Source: Eledone cirrhosa | Taxonomy: Eukaryota | NCBI GenBank assembly: GCA_964016885.1 | Contig: OZ024761.1 | Span: forward strand, 11,780,001-11,844,000 | DNA length: 64,000 nucleotides | Direction of reading: 5' to 3' | Shown here: positions 47,982-61,985 of the stretch, piece by piece | Layout of the letters: each line of letters begins with the position of its first letter | Numbering within the stretch: position 1 is the first letter of the stretch | The notes under the pieces: generated by a model | The model's input: the letters and a program-made list of their open reading frames with translations, nothing else | Database searches by the model: none | Told to the model about the DNA's origin: nothing | Program-made: the position numbers and the translations under genes

Positions 47982-49102
47982 ACTGTAATAGTTTTAATTT
48001 TTTAATGGGGAAGAATTTTTTTCATGAAAGTCAACATTTGGTCTTGTTTTAATCATCTCCATCCTCTTTTAAACCCCTCCCTCCCCAGCACATAAATACA
48101 CCCTCACATACATTACACACTACATCACACACTACACACTCTTACAAAATATAAGAATATTTGTTCATATTTCCATATTTCAAATTTTCTAATGTAAAAT
48201 CCTTTTCTTTTTTTTTTTTTGCCTTTTTTACATTTCTTTAAGTATATTTTAAAAAGTTTTAATATATGAATATATATATGTGTGTATATATATATATATG
48301 TGTGTGTGTATATGTATATGTATATATATATAGATGTATATATATATATATATATATATATAATCTAAATAAATAAAAAATTTAACCAGAATTCTATAAA
48401 AGGAAATCAAAATCTGAATATTAACGAGAACTAAATTTATAAGTAAATTTAAAATTTAAATTATTAAATAAACAGTGTTAGGTATTTTTGGATACAACTA
48501 TAAAATCGTTTATCTAGTCACTGAAATTGCAAAAAATGAAATACATATTATTTAAATTTATGTTCCAATTCTAGATCTTCACACATATATATAAATATAT
48601 ATGTGTGTGTGTATATATATATATATATGTCTATTTAAATATATATATATATCTATTTAAATATATATATATATGTCTATATATATATATATATGTCTAT
48701 TTAAATATATATATATATATATATACATACATACATATATATGTCTATATATATATATATATTATTTCAGTCTTTTTTCGTTTTTGCGTCTTTGATTTTT
48801 ATTTATTTTAATTTTATTTTTTTTCTAATATTTCCTTCCAAAACTACTGAAAGTATTTTTATGATGTGGTGCTATTACAAATTGGGTGGCATGAAAATAC
48901 TGGTTGTAACAATAACAATAAGAAGAAAAATGAACAGAAACTGCACAATGGTGAAACATGCTTATGAAACAGTATGCTGCCCCCACCCTAACAAAAATTG
49001 TAGCAGTTTTCTTTCTTTCCTTCTTTTTTTCCCCTTTTTTTTTTGAGAAAAAAAAAACAAAACACAAGAAAAAAATATATCTTGAATACTTTTCTTTTTT
49101 GC

Positions 49103-49156
<54 letters not shown>

Positions 49157-49574
49157 CCTTATGAAATTCTTCCTGCTTTACCTAATCAAATATCACTTGA
49201 GTGATCACAATAATTAATTATTAATAACTAATGGTAATATTAATCTAACTAACATGTTCAAAATCTCCCTTAACCAAATTTGAATCCTTCCCAATTTTTT
49301 TTCTTATTTTTCAATATATTTTAAAACTTTTCATTATGTGTGTATATATATGTATGTATAATATATATATATACATGTGTGTATGTTTGTATATTTGAAA
49401 ATATTTTACATAAATTAGAAGTATATGTGTGCCTCATACACATAGCTGCATGTGTATGTGTTTGTATGTGTTTGTGACTATTCATAGCTGCATACATGTG
49501 TGTATATTGGGAAGCATTTACATAAGTACAAGTGTATAATTGTATTCATACATATACATCCACAAACATGTGCC

Positions 49575-49610
<36 letters not shown>

Positions 49611-49626
49611 ATGTATATATAAATAT

Positions 49627-49657
<31 letters not shown>

Positions 49658-49774
49658 TGTATATATATATATTTTGTGTATATGATATATTATATATATA
49701 TATGTGTGTGTGTGTGTATTTGAAAACATTCATATAAATTACAAGTATACACATGTATTCTTAGACATAGGTAC

Positions 49775-49886
<112 letters not shown>

Positions 49887-50823
49887 GGATGTATGTGTGT
49901 GCGTGTGTGTGAAAACATTTGTATAAATGTATGTATGTGTCTGAAAACATTTCCATAAAATACAAGTATATGTATACACATATACACATATAGAACTTTT
50001 TTTCTTGAAATCCTGCCTAGAATTCTCATAGATTTTCTTTCACTGGTGGTTTACTTATAATTCTTGCCCTGCCTCCAATTTCCTTGACATTTTTCAAATA
50101 ATTTTTTTTTAAATCTTTTCTCGAACACAAAAGGAGAAATTGCTGATATGTATGTTTACAAAGAAACTAAACATTTACGAAAATTATTCTGTGAAAAATA
50201 TTTAATTAATCCCCTACCTGAAGCTTCATCTTGTTTTCTTTCATGCTGTTTCATTTTCCTCACACCCCCACCACTTCATCCTGTGGTGGTAACTTTGGTC
50301 CATAGTATGTCTGTCTACCTGTGTGTGTGTATGTATGTATGTTATGTTATGTGTGTATATCTGCTTGATGCTGTACAAATAAACCAAATTATTGTTATTA
50401 TTAATATTGCCCTCCACCCCAACCCCTATCCCCTCAAATCCCCTTCTTCTTCCTCCTCCTCCTCTTACAACACCACATGCTATCCCGTATAAAATATAGC
50501 TGGAGTCCTTTCCACCACCACCCAGTAACTGATGAGGAAGAGTCTTTTTTTAAAATATATATATGTTTAATTTATAATTCAAAATAAAACAAACTCTTCT
50601 AGAATTTAACAATGAATACACATTTCTGAGCCTGCCCAGTGCCTTCTTCCCTTTTTACCCCCAATGTCTGGGTTGTCTTTGAGAAAACAGAATAATAATG
50701 ATATTAATCAAAACACAGGACAAAGATGGTCAGCTCAGTTCATAAGAACTTCACCCCAAAGGTTGTGGATAGCATTCTTATGCTTAAAGATTTGGCAACT
50801 GGCCATAAAGTCAATTTTTATTG

Positions 50824-50869
<46 letters not shown>

Positions 50870-53126
50870 TTATATATATGTGTACGCACAGGTACACACA
50901 CACACACACACACATATCTATATATATATGCACACACACACACACATATATGTTACCCTTGTCCTTTGTCGCTCCACCATTGACAGTGTATTCTGGGAGA
51001 GTTACCCTCCACCATCTCCACCATAAGGCAGTTTTATGATCATTGAAAAAGCTTTGTCTTTTCTTTCCTTTTTCTTTTCTTTTTTTTTCCTTCCTTTTAA
51101 TTGTCAATGTTTTTTACATTAATATAACCCCCCCCACACACACACACATATACATACACACATATAGACATATACACACACACACACTTATACATACACA
51201 TACAGACACACACAGACTTTATATACAGACACTCACAGACTTATACAAACTCATACACAGACTTATACATACACACTCTTGTCCTCTCTTTATAAATTTC
51301 TCCCTCTCTCTTTTTTTCTTTTTTTGTTTCTAAAAATACATTCCAAACATGTTTAATTATCTTATTTTTATTTTAATGATCTCATTTAAATCTTAATTAC
51401 CAGACACATTACACAGAAAAACTGATTTGATGGATCAATTCTCGTAGATTTATTTTTAATTCCCATCATTTACTTTCTTTAACTTCCACAGTTTTGTCAC
51501 CTTGTCCTCTGGTTCTTCCAATCTAAAAACATACATCATTTCATAAATACTACTTAATGCTTTTGCTCTTTTGATTGCCCTTCCACCCTCATTACTTTGT
51601 ATGTTTTCATACAAGCTGAATATGTTTTGCTTTGCTCAATATCATTTTTTAATTATTTTTAAAATACTGAAACCTATTTCTAAAGCATCTTCCAAATCTG
51701 CTGTTTTAAGGTTGTTTTTTTTTTGGTTTTTTTTTTACCCCGGTCTTATATTCAAGAACTTTCCATCTTTTATCTTTTTTACTCTGGTTTTAGGTTTTAG
51801 AAATATTTTACTGGCCATTTTCTTGCTTGCTGAGCTAAAAATAGATCAGTCTTCCATTTTATTATTTAATCAAAATATTTTTTAAAAAATATAAATAAAT
51901 GAAAACAAACATAACATAACAGGATTGAGATATTTATTAACCTTACTAAAAACAAAATATTTATAACCAAAATTTATCTTATAGTCTCTCTCTCTCACTC
52001 TCTCTCTCCTTTAATTTGGTGAAATATGAATTGGTAAATTAAACCATATGCCAAAACTTCCTTCTATACGCACAGTTTTTTTGTTCCAAACCTATTTGGA
52101 TGATGATAATAATAATAATATTATTTCTATTAGGGCGATAGACTGGCAGTAACTGGTAGAGCATCGGACAACATGCTTGACAGCATAGAGTTACGTCCCT
52201 TTACGTTCTGGGTTGAAATCACTGGGGTTGATTATTTAATCGACTTCCCCTTTCTCTCTCTCTCTCTTTCTCTCTCTCCTCTCAAATGGGTGGTCCCTGT
52301 GCCACAACCAGAAACCATTATCAATGTTATAATGGCGCTACATTTTCCCATATCATCTGACTTCATACATTGGTGCTTATAATCTCTTGTGCCAAGAGGA
52401 AAACTTAGCTTCGATCTATTTGAAGCTGTTTTGGTTGTTGTTGTTTCCCTCCCCCTTGTTTGTGTTTTTTTTTTTTCCTCCGAGGTGACAAAACATTTTT
52501 CTATTCTTTTTCTTTTACTTGTTCCAGCCCATTGACTGCGACCATGCTGGGGCATGTGAAGGTTTTTTTTGTTTTTTTTTTAAATAAATAGAATCCCTTA
52601 TTTTAGCATGTACACCTTTCATTTCACACCACCTGTAGCTGTGTAGTATTGTAGTATTCTGCTAGTAGGTCTTTCCCACCCTCCCAACACCTCCACCTCC
52701 ACCACCACCAAACCCCCTTTTAGTTGTTATCTAGGGGGCCTAATATTGCTCAAGTGTTGAAGGTGTCAGCGAAACGAGATGATCAACAGTCCTTCCTTCC
52801 TTATTTCCTTCTTCTCTTCCTTCCTTCCTGATGCTTCAACCTTCTTGCTATATATATCATCACTGATTCTCTGCTCCCGACAATCACATTCCTACCCGTT
52901 TGGTAATTCCATTTTCGATGTTACTAACAATAATGGTGGCGAATTGGCAGAATCAATGGCTTACTGAATACTTTGGTTAGTTTTATCATTTCCTCTCTGT
53001 ATTTTCAAATCAAAAATCTTGCTGGGGTCAACTTTATTTTTCATCCCCTCCCCCTCCTCCCGTGGCAGTAAAGATGCTCATAATATCCTGTAGCACATGA
53101 AACCACATTAGCAAGGTGTTCTTTAA

Positions 53127-53331
53127 CCCTTTAGCGTTTACATTACTCTATATATACTATTGTATTTTCACAGTAAAGGCTTTACCTCACATAATATTGA
53201 ATCTATGAGATTTTGATATTTATTTTGAGAACAATACCTTAACATCAGTATGAGCAGCTTGTTACAGCCAGTTTCAATAGAAAGAGGTGAGAGAATTCTG
53301 ACCGGTTGCGGCCGGTTTAAATGCTAAAGGG
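53127..53331 (+). mobile_element. piggyBac-type MITE A
   Basis: ttaa|ccctttagcgttta ... taaatgctaaaggg|taaa. Confidence 0.9.
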
Positions 53332-54426
53332 TAAAAGTACAAACAATACTATGACTGCATCACATTTAAAATGAAAGTCTTTAGTTTACTGCAAATGTTC
53401 CTCAACGATCTGTGCACTAGTAAAGATACTATAAACATTTGAATATATCAAATATAATTGAACCTATTTTTTTTATTTTTTTAGATATTTTCTGGTAAAT
53501 TATTACAGGATGTTAAGAGTTTTTTTTACCTTTAGCATGCTAGTAATTTGTATGAGTTGTTTCCCTTGACACTGCATTATCTACGGAGGGGAGATTACTC
53601 ATATGGTACGTTTTGTTGCCCGCAGCGTGCTGAAGGTTAAGTACCAGTTATGTAAGTTCTGGGATTTGATAACACTCAATTAGCTTTCCCTCCCTTGCAA
53701 ACATTGACCAAGTGTCCCTTTTCCTAATTAAATAACATCACAATTACTACTAATTAACACTAATTAGTCTAATAATTAATCCCTGTTCTTATAAGAAAGG
53801 AACAGTGATTAAAAAAAAATAATCACTGTATCAGTTATTTTTTATTTTATTTTTTTGTTAATATTTTGTTCTTTTTTCTTATTTTATTCTATTTATTTAT
53901 TTGTTATTTCCTATATATATATATATATACATATATAAAAAAATAGTATTCAAATATGTTTTGTGAATTATATATTATTTAAATATGTGCCCCTCCCTCC
54001 CACTTGCTCTCTCTCCCATCATCACCATTTTCCTCCAAATCATAATAATTATTCTGACTGACTCCATACACCTAAGGCTGTGAGTGTGGTGTAGGAATGA
54101 GCAATTTGTGTATACCATATCATATATATCATATCATATATCATAACTATATCATATATAATAACCATATCATATCATATATACCATATCATATCACATA
54201 TATTTCACTAATCTTATTAATTAGCTCATGAACCTTTCATAGAGACCAATGGCATTTTTTTTCCAAGAATAACAGTGCCTGGATCTTGTTGACTATTTTT
54301 GTATTGATATACTTCACCTCTTCTCCTCCTTCTCCACCCACCTTCCTTAAAATGAACTCTTTTGTGTGTGTCTGTGCAAATATGTATGTGCCTGTGTGTT
54401 TGTAAATATATGTAATTTGTATATAT

Positions 54427-54460
<34 letters not shown>

Positions 54461-54463
<3 letters not shown>

Positions 54464-54588
54464 GGTGGCCCAAAAGTCGCAATACATAGGAATTTTTTAA
54501 GTTTCCATATTTATTTATTTTGAATAAATTGTTTCTTAGAAAACATAGTTATTTTTTTTTTATGTATCGCGAGTTTTGGGCCACCCTG
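54461..54588. mobile_element. Tc1/mariner-type MITE (128 bp) in (TA)n
   Basis: ta|cagggtggcccaaaagtcgcaatacata ... tatgtatcgcgagttttgggccaccctg|ta. Confidence 0.88.
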
Positions 54589-55427
54589 TATATATATATA
54601 TATGGTTCCTTATAATTTAAACACAGATATGTATATATCTGCGTTTATCTCTCTTTATTATATTGAATTATATTATACGGCTCAGAAAATGTTTTCCTTG
54701 AGCTATTTTAATTGTAAGGGACTATTCTGAGTTTCTAACTCAATATATACTTTTGATATATATATACATATACATATTTATATATATATATATATACAAA
54801 CACACATATATATGATGTGAATTTAGATGTACACACCCACATACATTCTTATATATGATGTACAGGGCCATTTCTTCCATTTTTTACTCTCTCTCTCTCT
54901 CTTCCATAATACTTCAAATGTTCCTCATTTTGGTAATAATGACCCCTCAATCCCACCCAATTACCCAACTAACCCCTCCTGTGGCTAAAAGTTACCAAGC
55001 TGCTGCTGCTGCCTAACATGAAATATATATATCTAAAAATAAAAAAAATTCAAAATTAAAACAACAACAACAAATACTACAACATTTAAAAAAAAAACCC
55101 TGATGATTTGAGCTCCTTCCCTCTCACCTTCTCTTCCCCTACCATCTGTCATGCCCAGAAGCTGACTGGACACCAAAAAATGATATTGTGTGATTATAAA
55201 AAAAATAAAAACAAACTCTGCTTACTACAAATACTTTATTCTTTTGTATTTATTTGTTTGTTTATTTTATTTATTTATTTATTTTATTTATTTTATTTAT
55301 TTTATTTATTTATTTATTTATTTATTTATGTATTTATATATATATATATATATTTTAATTATTATATTTCTTTGTTTGAATCTTAGCATGCCCCACCCCC
55401 CACTTATCTTTTTCTTTCTTTTTTTAA

Positions 55428-55938
55428 TTTAGTAAAAATAGAACCTTTCGCCGTATTTTTGGCTACAGAAATTTTAGCTTGATAATAAGGTTTGACAGTC
55501 AATCAACTTTCGTCAAACCGGATCGAGGAAACAATGTTTCCATTGTTCTTTCCAATTGCTAATACTGTAAGTAGTCAGCATTAAAACAGACGTATTTTAC
55601 AAAAGTGAAGTCATTGTTGCTATATTTAAACTGAAGGATCTATCGGTCGCAACTCCAGGTAGAAGGAGCAACGTGAAATAAAGTGTCTTGCTCAAGGACA
55701 TAACGCATTGCCTGGTCCATGAATCAAACTCACAATCTCACAATTGCTAATCTAATTCTCTAACCACTCAGCCACACGCCTTCATTAAAGTGAGGTTTAA
55801 AACCTTCTAAAAAATGTAAAAGGATGAGTATCGAGGTACAATACTCATCATTTTCCATTTTTAGAGGGTTTTAAACCCCACTATCAGACGAAAATTTCTT
55901 TAGTCAAAAATACGGCAATAGGTTCTATTTCTACTAAA
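55428..55938. mobile_element. Element with ~38-bp inverted termini and an internal hairpin, enclosing a SINE-like sequence
   Basis: tttagtaaaaatagaacctttcgccgtatttttggcta / tagtcaaaaatacggcaataggttctatttctactaaa. Inner hairpin at 55790-55882. Confidence 0.7.
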
Positions 55939-56149
55939 TTTTAAACTTTGCTCGCTGTTTCAAAACAAACTTACTTTTTTATTTTTTTTTCATAAATTCC
56001 GGTGGATAGGTAGTAGATCTAGTTTGGTTTTCTCATTCTCATCCTACCTCACCCCCTTGTTTTCTGGGGTTCTACCCCCTCTCTTTCTTCCCTCCTTCAT
56101 TTCTTTATACGATTGGAAGCTTTGAAAAAAGAACTGCCTTTAAAAATAT

Positions 56150-56470
56150 ATGTGTGTGTGTGTATATATATATGCCATATATGTAGATACACGTGTGTGT
56201 GTATATATATATATATGCCATATATGTAGATACACGTGTGTGTGTATATATATATATATGCCATATATGTAGATACACGTGTGTGTATATATATATATAT
56301 GCCATATATGTAGATACACGTGTGTGTGTGTATATATATATATCTATATATTATAATTATAATTATATTTAATATATATGTATTTGGATGTATATATATA
56401 TAATGTGTGTGTGTGTATATATATATATGCCATATATGTAGATACACGTGTGTGTGTGTGTATATATCTA
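56150..56470. repeat. Compound minisatellite (~42-bp unit built on TA/TG runs)
   Basis: tatatgccatatatgtagatacacgtgtgtg x5. Confidence 0.85.
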
Positions 56471-56879
56471 ATATTATATTTAATACGTATTTGGATGTAT
56501 ATGTATATATATAATGTATGTGTGTGTGTGTATATATATATATATGCATATATAATATGTGTGTCTGTGCACAGGTGTATGTGTATATCAGGAGACAAAC
56601 TCCAGTCCCATCTATTCATAGATGATGTTACTTTAGCTGTCATGAGGAAGATTTTCTCTTCTTTTCATTGCAAAAACAAAATAAATAAAACATAAATTGA
56701 CTGCTTCATTTTGTCTTAGTATTTTAATAAATACAAACTTCATATTTATGACATTTTTCTTGTTGCTGCCCCAACCTCTTCAAAGCCACCACCCTTACTT
56801 TCCCTTCCTTCCTTCCTCCCCCCTCTTCTTATTTATGAGGTTTATATTTGACATTTGAAAAATTCTGTTTTTAATTTAA

Positions 56880-57422
56880 CCCATTTGTTAGCATATTTCT
56901 AATGAAAGACACCGCCCAGAATTTTCAAATAATTTAGAGAAAATAATCAGGAGTTTGGAGAGATTTAGTAATATATATAACTTTCTTGTTATTAACCCAT
57001 AGCATTTAAACCAGCCGTATCTGACTGAAGTTCGCTCACCTCTTTCTGTTCAAACTGGCTATAACCGGCCACTCACACTGATGTTAACCCTTTAGCATTT
57101 ACATTACTAGATATACTATTGTATTTTCATGGTAAAGGCTTTATCTTACATAATATCTCACATAATATCAAATCTAAGGATTTTAATATTATTTATTTTG
57201 AAAGCCATAGCTCAACATTTGTATGAGTGGCCAGTTACAGCCAGTTTGAACAGAAAGAGGTGAGAGAATTCTGGCCAGATATGGCTGGTTTAAATGCTAA
57301 AGGGTTAAGGTATGGCTTTCAAAATAAATAATATTAAAATCTATAGATTTGATATTATGAGAGGTAAAGCCTTTACCATGAAAATATAATAGTATATATA
57401 GAATAATGTAAATACTAAAGGG
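56880..57422. mobile_element. Triple nest: MITE B > MITE A reverse (56996-57422) > MITE A forward (57088-57304), insertions at TTAA
   Basis: TTAA at 56992-56995, 57084-57087 and 57305-57308. The outer MITE A halves rejoin as ctgatgTTAAggtat. Confidence 0.88.
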
Positions 57423-57580
57423 TTTGGAATAGAATAATTTATAATAATGGATAAAAAAAAATCAAGATGGATAAATTTAAGATATTTCATTTATACATGT
57501 TTCAACGAGAAAGAGATTAGATGAAAGCAAAATGAAATGGCGCGAAAAACTTGCTTAAGCCTTGTTATTAATATATTGAG

Positions 57581-58075
57581 AAGGGCGGTGGATTGGCAGT
57601 GTCGGACATCATGCTTTGCAGCACAGAGTTATGTCTCTTTACATTCTGAGACCAGATCCTGCCGACATTAACTTTGCTTTTCATCCTTAAGGGTCCATCC
57701 ATATCCAGTTTTGGTCTTTAGGGTGCTGCAGTGGTCCCGGACTCTGAGGTAGGCTACACCAGTGGTTGAGAATTCGGGCAACAATCCCATTACCTCTCGC
57801 AAACCAAGGGTGTCAATAAAATATAGTACCAGTAACACACTGGGGTCGATTTAATCGACTTTCCTCTCCCCAAAATTACTGGACTTGTGCCTTAATCAGA
57901 AACCATTAATATATTGAAATCATCATCATCATCACCGTTTAATAAGATATCTCAAGGTATTATTAATCAAATCTCGCTGAGGTTAACTTTCATCCTTACG
58001 GGGTCATTAAAATAAAGTACCAGTAATACACTGGGATAATTGCTGGCCTTGTGCCAAAAGTAGAAACCATTATTA
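57581..58075 (+). mobile_element. Nin-domain SINEs (one interrupted copy with TSD attaatatattga, plus a truncated copy)
   Basis: Head agggcggtggattggcagt, Nin core and tail gtgccttaatcagaaacc. Confidence 0.75.
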
Positions 58076-58679
58076 ATACTTCCTGATTTAGATGTGTTTG
58101 AGTACATTAGAATCTGAGCAACACCTGAACAATGTCTTATATAAAGTTTATGTTGGATGATTTTAGTTTAAATAATAATACTAAGTTTTGTTTTGTAAGA
58201 CTAGAGACATGCTGGTATCAAAGGACTCAACAGTTAAATGGTAAGTCTCTTGGCTGGGAAGAAAGGGTCAAAAGAGAACATAACAGGGCCACACAATACA
58301 GAAGGTCAACAGAGAAAATAACAGGGCCACACATAATACAAAGGGTCAACAGAACATCATGGGGTCACATGTAACACAAAGGCTCACCAGGGAACATACT
58401 GTGGAACTGTGATCTCCATAAGCTGCAGTGAAGGTAATCCAACTAAGAGAGCAGTAACTGTGAATAAGACCTGATACAGGGTAGAGAAGATGGTTATGTC
58501 CTGTCAGACAACCTTTCTATTGCTGCTGCCATGATAAGATGTACCCAGTCCACACTGAGAACTGGCTGCTGATAGGAAGGACAAATGATGGCAAGCCCAA
58601 ATTTTATGTCCAACCCATGCAAGCCTGGGAAAACTGGCATAAAAAGTTGGAGTTGGTATAATGATGATGAACCTCACCA

Positions 58680-58776
58680 AAGGAACAATTTATTGTAAAG
58701 GACAATTTATTGTAAGGGACAATTTATTGTAAGGAACAATTTATTGTAAGGGACAATTTATTGTAAGGGACAATTT
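58680..58776. repeat. 17-bp tandem repeat, ~5.5 copies
   Basis: aagggacaatttattgt units. Confidence 0.9.
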
Positions 58777-58904
58777 AAAATTCTTAGAACTGAATGTAAG
58801 GGTTTGCCTTCCATTCCATCCATTCATGGTCAATAAAATGGTACCAGTAAAATACTGAAGTCGATTCTTCCTCTAAATGTCTTTCTCACTTCCATTCTCT
58901 CACT

Positions 58905-59047
58905 CACTCTCTGCTGGTCTTGGAGATGTTGGAATGAGGTTGATGGCAGTGTCTCTCTCTGTTGGTCTTGGAGATGTTGGAATGAGGTTGATGGCAGTGT
59001 CTCTCTCTGTTGGTCTTGGTGATGTTGGAATGAGGTTGATGGCAGTC
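58905..59047. repeat. 48-bp tandem repeat x3 at the 3' end of an RTE fragment
   Basis: ctctctgttggtcttggagatgttggaatgaggttgatggcagtgtct. Confidence 0.9.
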
Positions 59048-59147
59048 TCAGCTGAAATGAACTCAACAATAGATCTCCACGTAGGTCTGTCATTCATTGC
59101 CGCTGCCAAGTCCTGGATTTCAATACCAGAATCCCTGAAGATGACAT

Positions 59148-61135
59148 CCCTGTTATTAGTGACTGCTTGTGGTTTCTAGAGTACTAAAGGTAACACAGCC
59201 TCATAGATGGCCAGCAAATCGGGATAGGAGAGCTTGTGCCCCCTGTTATTAGTGACTGCTGTGGTTTCTAGAGTACTAAAGGTAACACAGCCTCATAGAT
59301 GGCCAGCAAATCGGGATAGGAGAGCTTGTACCCCCTGTTATTAGTGACTGCTGTGGTTTCTAGAGTACTAAAGGGGACACAGCCTCATAGATGGCCAGCA
59401 AATCGGGATAGGAGAGCTTGTACCCCCTGTTATTAGTGACTGCTGTGGTTTCTAGAGTACTAAAGGGGACACAGCCTCATAGATGGCCAGCAAATCGGGA
59501 TAGGAGAGCTTGTACCCCCTGTTATTAGTGACTGCTGTGGTTTCTAGAGTACTAAAGGGGACACAGCCTCATAGATGGCCAGCAAATCGGGATAGAAGAG
59601 CTTGTACCCCCTGTTATTAGTGACTGCTGTGGTTTCTAGAGTACTAAAGGGGACACAGGCTCATAGATGGCCAGCAAATCGGGATAGGAGAGCTTGTACC
59701 CCCTGTTATTAGTGACTGCTGTGGTTTCTAGAGTACTAAAGGGGACACAGCCTCATAGATGGCCAGCAAATCGGGATAGGAGAGCTTGTACCCCCTGTTA
59801 TTAGTGACTGCTGTGGTTTCTAGAGTACTAAAGGGGACACAGCCTCATAGATGGCCAGCAAATCGGGATAGGAGAGCTTGTACCTCCTGTTATTAGTGAC
59901 TGCTGTGGTTTCTAGAGTACTAAAGGGGACACAGCCTCATAGATGGCCAGCAAATCGGGATAGGAGAGCTTGTACCCCCTGTTATTAGTGACTGCTGTGG
60001 TTTCTAGAGTACTAAAGGGGACACAGCCTCATAGATGGCCAGCAAATCGGGATAGGAGAGCTTGTACCCCCTGTTATTAGTGACTGCTGTGGTTTCTAGA
60101 GTACTAAAGGGGACACAGCCTCATAGATGGCCAGCAAATCAGGATAGGAGAGCTTGTGCCCCCTGTTATTAGTGACTGCTGTGGTTTCTAGAGTACTAAA
60201 GGGGACACAGCCTCATAGATGGCCAGCAAATCGGGATAGGAGAGCTTGTACCCCCTGTTATTAGTGACTGCTGTGGTTTCTAGAGTACTAAAGGGGACAC
60301 AGCCTCATAGATGGCCAGCAAATCAGGATAGGAGAGCTTGTGCCCCCTGTTATTAGTGACTGCTGTGGTTTCTAGAGTACTAAAGGGGACACAGCCTCAT
60401 AGATGGCCAGCAAATCGGGATAGGAGAGCTTGTACCCCCTGTTATTAGTGACTGCTGTGGTTTCTAGAGTACTAAAGGGGACACAGCCTCATAGATGGCC
60501 AGCAAATCGGGATAGGAGAGCTTGTACCTCCTGTTATTAGTGACTGCTGTGGTTTCTAGAGTACTAAAGGGGACACAGCCTCATAGATGGCCAGCAAATC
60601 GGGATAGAAGAGCTTGTACCCCCTGTTATTAGTGACTGCTGTGGTTTCTAGAGTACTAAAGGGGACACAGCCTCATAGATGGCCAGCAAATCGGGATAGG
60701 AGAGCTTGTACCCCCTGTTATTAGTGACTGCTGTGGTTTCTAGAGTACTAAAGGGGACACAGCCTCATAGATGGCCAGCAAATCGGGATAGGAGAGCTTG
60801 TACCCCCTGTTATTAGTGACTGCTGTGGTTTCTAGAGTACTAAAGGGGACACAGCCTCATAGATGGCCAGCAAATCGGGATAGGAGAGCTTGTACCTCCT
60901 GTTATTAGTGACTGCTGTGGTTTCTAGAGTACTAAAGGGGACACAGCCTCATAGATGGCCAGCAAATCGGGATAGGAGAGCTTGTACCCCCTGTTATTAG
61001 TGACTGCTGTGGTTTCTAGAGTACTAAAGGGGACACAGCCTCATAGATGGCCAGCAAATCAGGATAGGAGAGCTTGTGCCCTGTTATTATTGACTGCTTG
61101 TGGTTTCTAGAGCATTAATGGGGACACAGCCTTGT
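59148..61135. repeat. Minisatellite, 92-bp unit, ~21 copies, inside an RTE-like LINE fragment (-, ~59045-61260)
   Basis: Unit ccctgttattagtgactgctgtggtttctagagtactaaaggggacacagcctcatagatggccagcaaatcgggataggagagcttgtacc. Minus-strand flanks translate LPHISVIVLKRRVRFAGHCHRAT and DVIFRDSGIEIQDLAAAMNDRPTWRSIV. Confidence 0.95.
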
Positions 61136-61313
61136 AGGTGGCACGATGGCAGTGGCCAGCAAATCTTACTCTCCTTTTAAGTACAATGACAGATATGTGT
61201 GGTAGGCTGGCTTATATCTCTTCCAAGTCAGATGTCACCAGCTTCTCAATGAGGTTGATAGACTGTCCTCGTTCCATTGTCCATGTAGGTGGTAGTGTCA
61301 GCTTGTCTTACAC

Positions 61314-61985
61314 CAGAGGTTCTCAAACTTTTTGAGCCACTGCACCCCCCCCCCCTCGGGCCACGTAATACCCTCAACGCCCCCCCAACTCTATTTCCAG
61401 AGAGATCTGCCTACACGTAAATTGTAAATAATATATAACAAATCAAATCGTTAATTTATATATAATAAATAATATAATATATACTATACTCTTTTACCGG
61501 ATCCAGCCATCTGGCTGAGGCCATGCTGGGGCACTGCCCTTGAAAGGACATGCTTACAGCACCTAGGTTTCCCAAGCAGTCACCCATCTAAGTACTAACT
61601 AGGCTCGACGTTGCTTAACTTCGGTGATCGGACGAGAACCGGTGTTTTCAGCGTGATGTGGCCGTATGTATAAATAAATATTATATATTTTTTATTTTAT
61701 TATATTTATATATAATAATTTTATAGGAGAATATCCTTTTGTATTGACAATGGAACGAGATCAATCTACCCGCAATTTACCTCAGTTGGGTGTTAGCAAA
61801 TATAACAGGCGCTTGAAGAAGGTTATGGCGTACATTGGTTGTCAAACATTGTGATTATAACAACCAAAATGTCTGAATAAACCATTGTACAAAACGTATA
61901 GTCATATCTCCGAAATTAAACATATATGAACATGGGAGTTACTCCCCTTGAATAACAAGAAGCCCCCCCCCCCCCCCCGTTTGAC
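61314..61985. mobile_element. Possible hAT/Charlie-type non-autonomous element hosting the 5S-derived insertion
   Basis: Left end cagaggttctcaaactttttgagcc. Only a truncated right-end-like ccccccgtttga at ~61975-61984. Confidence 0.4.
61551..61669 (-). rRNA. 5S rRNA: Near full-length 5S rRNA-derived sequence, probably a pseudogene or SINE head rather than a functional gene
   Basis: Minus strand reads ACATACGGCCACATCACGCTGAAAACACCGGTTCTCGTCCGATCACCGAAGTTAAGCAACGTCGAGCCTAGTTAGTACTTAGATGGGTGACTGCTTGGGAAACCTAGGTGCTGTAAGCA. This is invertebrate 5S-like with box A and box C. Single copy, altered 5' end, no T4 terminator. Confidence 0.85.
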
